From NCBI GenBank assembly GCA_963712275.1, contig CAVQHD010000001.1:704001-768000 (forward strand): DNA of 64,000 nucleotides, given 5' to 3'. This stretch comes from an uncultured Rhabdochlamydiaceae bacterium. Lineage in GTDB: Bacteria; Chlamydiota; Chlamydiia; Chlamydiales; Rhabdochlamydiaceae. Within the stretch, counting starts at the first letter, position 1. Every line of letters starts with the position of its first letter. The notes beneath the pieces were generated by a model. It had not been told where the DNA came from. It was given only the letters and a program-made list of their open reading frames with translations, and did not search any database. Positions 60,998-64,000 of this stretch are shown piece by piece. A program made the position numbers and the translations under genes.

Positions 60998-63160
60998 TCA
61001 GTTGTCAGTCCACCCTAAGACATTGCGAATGATAGACCAACGACGCTTTGAAGAGGTGGATGAATCTGTTTTTCCCAAAACCCAAAGATTGAATTGCTGC
61101 TCTGAGAGGTGTTCAGTTTTCTTGAGATTCAGCCAAAGATTTAGATAACAGAGAAAGCGATCTGCTTGCATTGCAATCGCATATCCGAAGGGATCTTTCG
61201 CGATCTCAGGTTCCGGGATAACAACTGTGAAGTTAGGATGAGCTAAGCTCCAAGCAATCGATTGAAACTCCCCGCGAAGTAAAATGTCATTGGGGTATTT
61301 CTCAATATAATCGTGGTAATTTTCGATGACGGCAATTCTTGAGGCAGGCACAAGCGATCTTGCCAAGTGTTCATAAGAGGTTCCCCGAGAAACAACAAGC
61401 TTGATATGTGGATTTTCAAGAATAGAGTGGAGAGAAGTGTAATTCTTTTTAAATTTTTTAAGCATCGTAAACACGATGCGTGATTCAAGATAAGGATTGG
61501 AAAAACAAATCTTTCGAAGCCGATTTTCATTAATTGTGATCGATGACATCGCAATATCGTAAAGCCCTTGATTTAACTCCTCAGAGAGCGCGGAAATTTG
61601 CATGGGAATGAGTTCAAGGGTGCATCCCAAGTCTTTTGCAAGCGTGTAAGCAAAGGCCATGTCATATCCTACAAGCTGTCCAAATTCATTATAAAAGCAG
61701 AAAGGGATCGTTTCTGGATTATAGCCGACGCGAAGGATATTCGAAGCAAGAATCCTTTCAAAGGGATCGCCTGTTCGAGGAGGAGGAAGGGCTTCCTCTT
61801 TTGTATAGACCCGAACTTTAACAGGTAGATCAAGAGAGAGTTCGCAGATGCTCTTCGAAGGATTTGTGATGGGAGGGAGCTTAATCCAATGTTTAAAAGC
61901 CCCAATAAAGGCAATCACAGGAATGAGAATAATCACTGTCTGTTTTAAAACTTTTCTCAGGGTCCATTTTAATAACCCATGGCAACTTAAGACAATCAAG
62001 AGGGAAAGGCTTGCTACTTCCATCACAGAAATCAGCGATTGGAATCCTGCTGTGAAGGGAAGAGTGGTCAAGAATAGATCGATTGCAACCAGAGGAAGTC
62101 CTAGAGAGTCGAGAAGAAAATTAAGAGAATTAATCCAAGATCCGACTCCAATGGCTCCTAAGCTTGTTAAGAAAGTTGTGAGGAAAAGCTGAATTTGAGC
62201 ATTTCCAGCTAAAGTGATGTTGTAGAAAATAGCGATAAAAAAAATAAAAACAGCAATGAAAAGAGAGCCTAGCGGAAGGTTAAAAGTAATAGAGACGACT
62301 CCTTGGACTTGGTCTTTTAAGGAATCTTCTTTTTTGTAATAACGTTTCACTTCTTCCTGGAGAAGTTCGATCAAAAAGGGGAGCGTGACAATTACCAAAT
62401 TTGTCGTGAAGGCTACTAACATGATCGGAGCTAAACTTTTAAGCCATTGTCCTGGTGGAATAATCGTCGCCATTCCAACAATTCGGGGGACGACCCAGAA
62501 AACAAGTAGAGAAATTCCAAGAATATAAAGGATCAGATAGGTGCTAATCTGTTTAATCGTGAGCAATTGCATAGTGCCTACACGATCTGCAATAATTAAA
62601 AAAGTTCCGATGGGGGTGATTCGGCTAATCCATCCCGTCATTCGCGTAAGTGAACTTACGAGGGTATCTAGCATACCCATGAAATGCTCTTTTTCTTTCA
62701 GATGCATCAAGGCGATTCCAATAAACAGACTGAAGACAACGACGGCAGGGATAAGATTATTGGAGAGGGCCGTAAAAATATTATCGGGGATGAGAAGTTC
62801 TGCAAAGTTGATTGTGCTAGGTCGAATATTACTATAGGCAGAATAGGCGACTCCTTGAGATTTTGGAAATAAATAAGCAGTGATGTAGATCATGGTGATA
62901 TTAACAGCCCACATGCCGCTAATAAAAACGATCCCCTTTCGTAAGATATTTTTTGCTGTTATAGAAGAAAGGCGGCCAATTCCATGCATCACAGCGCAGA
63001 TTAAATAAGGAACTGCGGTGATTTTTAAGATCATAATGTAGGCATTTTCCCACAGAGTAAAGGCAGAGCAAAGGTCTCCAAGGAAAAGGCCCAAAAATAT
63101 TCCAAGGAGCGTTGCAATGAGCATCTGTAAAGAAAGCGAATGTCGAAATAGGGAGGTCAT
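60998..63160 (-). CDS. DAACS (dicarboxylate/amino acid:cation) symporter fused to a family-3 substrate-binding domain
   Basis: N-terminal multi-TM region (LIPDNIF, TPIG); C-terminal LRVG..PF..GYD..FSNPY. Confidence 0.85.
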   Translation of the reverse strand: MTSLFRHSLSLQMLIATLLGIFLGLFLGDLCSAFTLWENAYIMILKITAVPYLICAVMHGIGRLSSITAKNILRKGIVFISGMWAVNITMIYITAYLFPKSQGVAYSAYSNIRPSTINFAELLIPDNIFTALSNNLIPAVVVFSLFIGIALMHLKEKEHFMGMLDTLVSSLTRMTGWISRITPIGTFLIIADRVGTMQLLTIKQISTYLILYILGISLLVFWVVPRIVGMATIIPPGQWLKSLAPIMLVAFTTNLVIVTLPFLIELLQEEVKRYYKKEDSLKDQVQGVVSITFNLPLGSLFIAVFIFFIAIFYNITLAGNAQIQLFLTTFLTSLGAIGVGSWINSLNFLLDSLGLPLVAIDLFLTTLPFTAGFQSLISVMEVASLSLLIVLSCHGLLKWTLRKVLKQTVIILIPVIAFIGAFKHWIKLPPITNPSKSICELSLDLPVKVRVYTKEEALPPPRTGDPFERILASNILRVGYNPETIPFCFYNEFGQLVGYDMAFAYTLAKDLGCTLELIPMQISALSEELNQGLYDIAMSSITINENRLRKICFSNPYLESRIVFTMLKKFKKNYTSLHSILENPHIKLVVSRGTSYEHLARSLVPASRIAVIENYHDYIEKYPNDILLRGEFQSIAWSLAHPNFTVVIPEPEIAKDPFGYAIAMQADRFLCYLNLWLNLKKTEHLSEQQFNLWVLGKTDSSTSSKRRWSIIRNVLGWTDN

Positions 63161-63779
63161 AGTTTAATAAAGTTTAATTGCCGCCAAGCTTCGTACAAAA
63201 CAACTGCAGCGGCATTCGAAAGATTTAAGAGGGTGCTTGCAAGGTCAGGTTTCGTCGATTTTTGGGGCTTTTTGAGCCAATTTTCGCTTTGTTTGGTGGG
63301 GGTTATATCAACTTTCGTATATTACCCCCACCAAACAAAGCGAAAATTGGCCAAAAATCCTCCAAAAAGCGACGAAACCTGACCTTGCAAGCACCCTCTG
63401 AACACCGCGACCCTTCCATGGGAATCTTATAAAAAAGATTCGGCCATTTTTCATGAAAGCTCAAAGGAAGTCCTGCTGTCTCTGAGCCGAAAATTAAATG
63501 ATCGTCTGGACTGAAGTCAATAGTTGTATAACATTTCGTCGCTTTTGAAGAGAAAAAATAGAATGGAGTTTTCAGCTGGTTAAGATAATTTTTGAAATGA
63601 TCTTCCTGCCTGACCAAAACCCCTTCCCAGTAATCAAGCCCTGCCCGCTTCAGCCATCGATCCGTGATTTTAAATCCTAGAGGAGGAACTAGCAGAAGGC
63701 ATGCCCCTGTGCAAGCGCAGGTACGAACGATATTACCTGTATTTTGAGGAATTTGGGGCTCATAGAGAACAATGTGCAA
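63157..63779 (-). pseudogene. trmL: tRNA (cytidine34-2'-O)-methyltransferase interrupted by a palindromic element
   Basis: EPQIPQNTGN, RAGLDYW, FGSET; C-terminal LNLSNAAAVVLYEAWRQ lies out of frame at 63157-63228. Confidence 0.88.
63229..63398. mobile_element. 170-bp palindromic element (GAGGGTGC...GCACCCTC), core-sharing family
   Basis: Folds end to end; imperfect 3-bp duplication TAA/TGA; inside trmL. Confidence 0.9.
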
Positions 63780-63799
63780 GAGATAACCCCCCTAAATAG

Positions 63800-64000
63800 T
63801 TATCGAACGACCTTGGGCTCCTCAAAAGGGGATGCAATTTCAGGGTTCCCATTGGACTTAGGAGTAATGGGAGTCAAAGAGTCAAGAGCTTCTGGATGAG
63901 GTGCATTGGCTTGAACGACTTCAACTTCAAAGGTTAGAAGAGAATTCGGGGGTTGAACGCGAGTGCCATATCCTAGGTCAGGGTGAATGTAGAGAACTCT
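63800..64000 (-). CDS. mip: FKBP-type PPIase Mip, 3' part only
   Basis: Manual translation RVLYIHPDLGYG...PPNSLLTFEVEVV; stop at 63800. Confidence 0.85.
   Translation of the reverse strand, partial: RVLYIHPDLGYGTRVQPPNSLLTFEVEVVQANAPHPEALDSLTPITPKSNGNPEIASPFEEPKVVR

Noticed and set aside
63303..63779. 158-aa ORF as an intact TrmL
   Set aside because: Its last 31 or so residues come from the palindrome; the real C-terminal motif is out of frame downstream.

Overview
Chromosomal segment of an environmental chlamydia (Chlamydiota, outside the reduced Chlamydiaceae gene set), recognised from euo, an NTT nucleotide transporter, fused secDF and chlamydia-like gene order (rho-coaE-polA-sohB-pgsA-ntt; dnaQ-tsaE-CT538-like; gltX-euo-recJ-secDF-uppS-cdsA-cmk/plsC; trxA-trmL-mip). 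Accessory content: two tandem Gly-rich autotransporters, several Inc/T3SS-effector-like genes, an AAA+ ATPase, and two near-identical 1575-bp DDE insertion sequences, each splitting a gene with a 4-bp TSD. The most striking signal is non-coding: about a dozen near-perfect palindromic insertions (47-220 bp) plus fragments. They form several families with different termini and target-duplication signatures (TA, TTA, 4, 5, 8, 10 bp) and often sit on stop codons. They show arm-to-arm compensatory changes and flipped loops, and some share an internal module under interchangeable ends. One has frameshifted trmL. All calls come from reading the sequence; no database searches were run.
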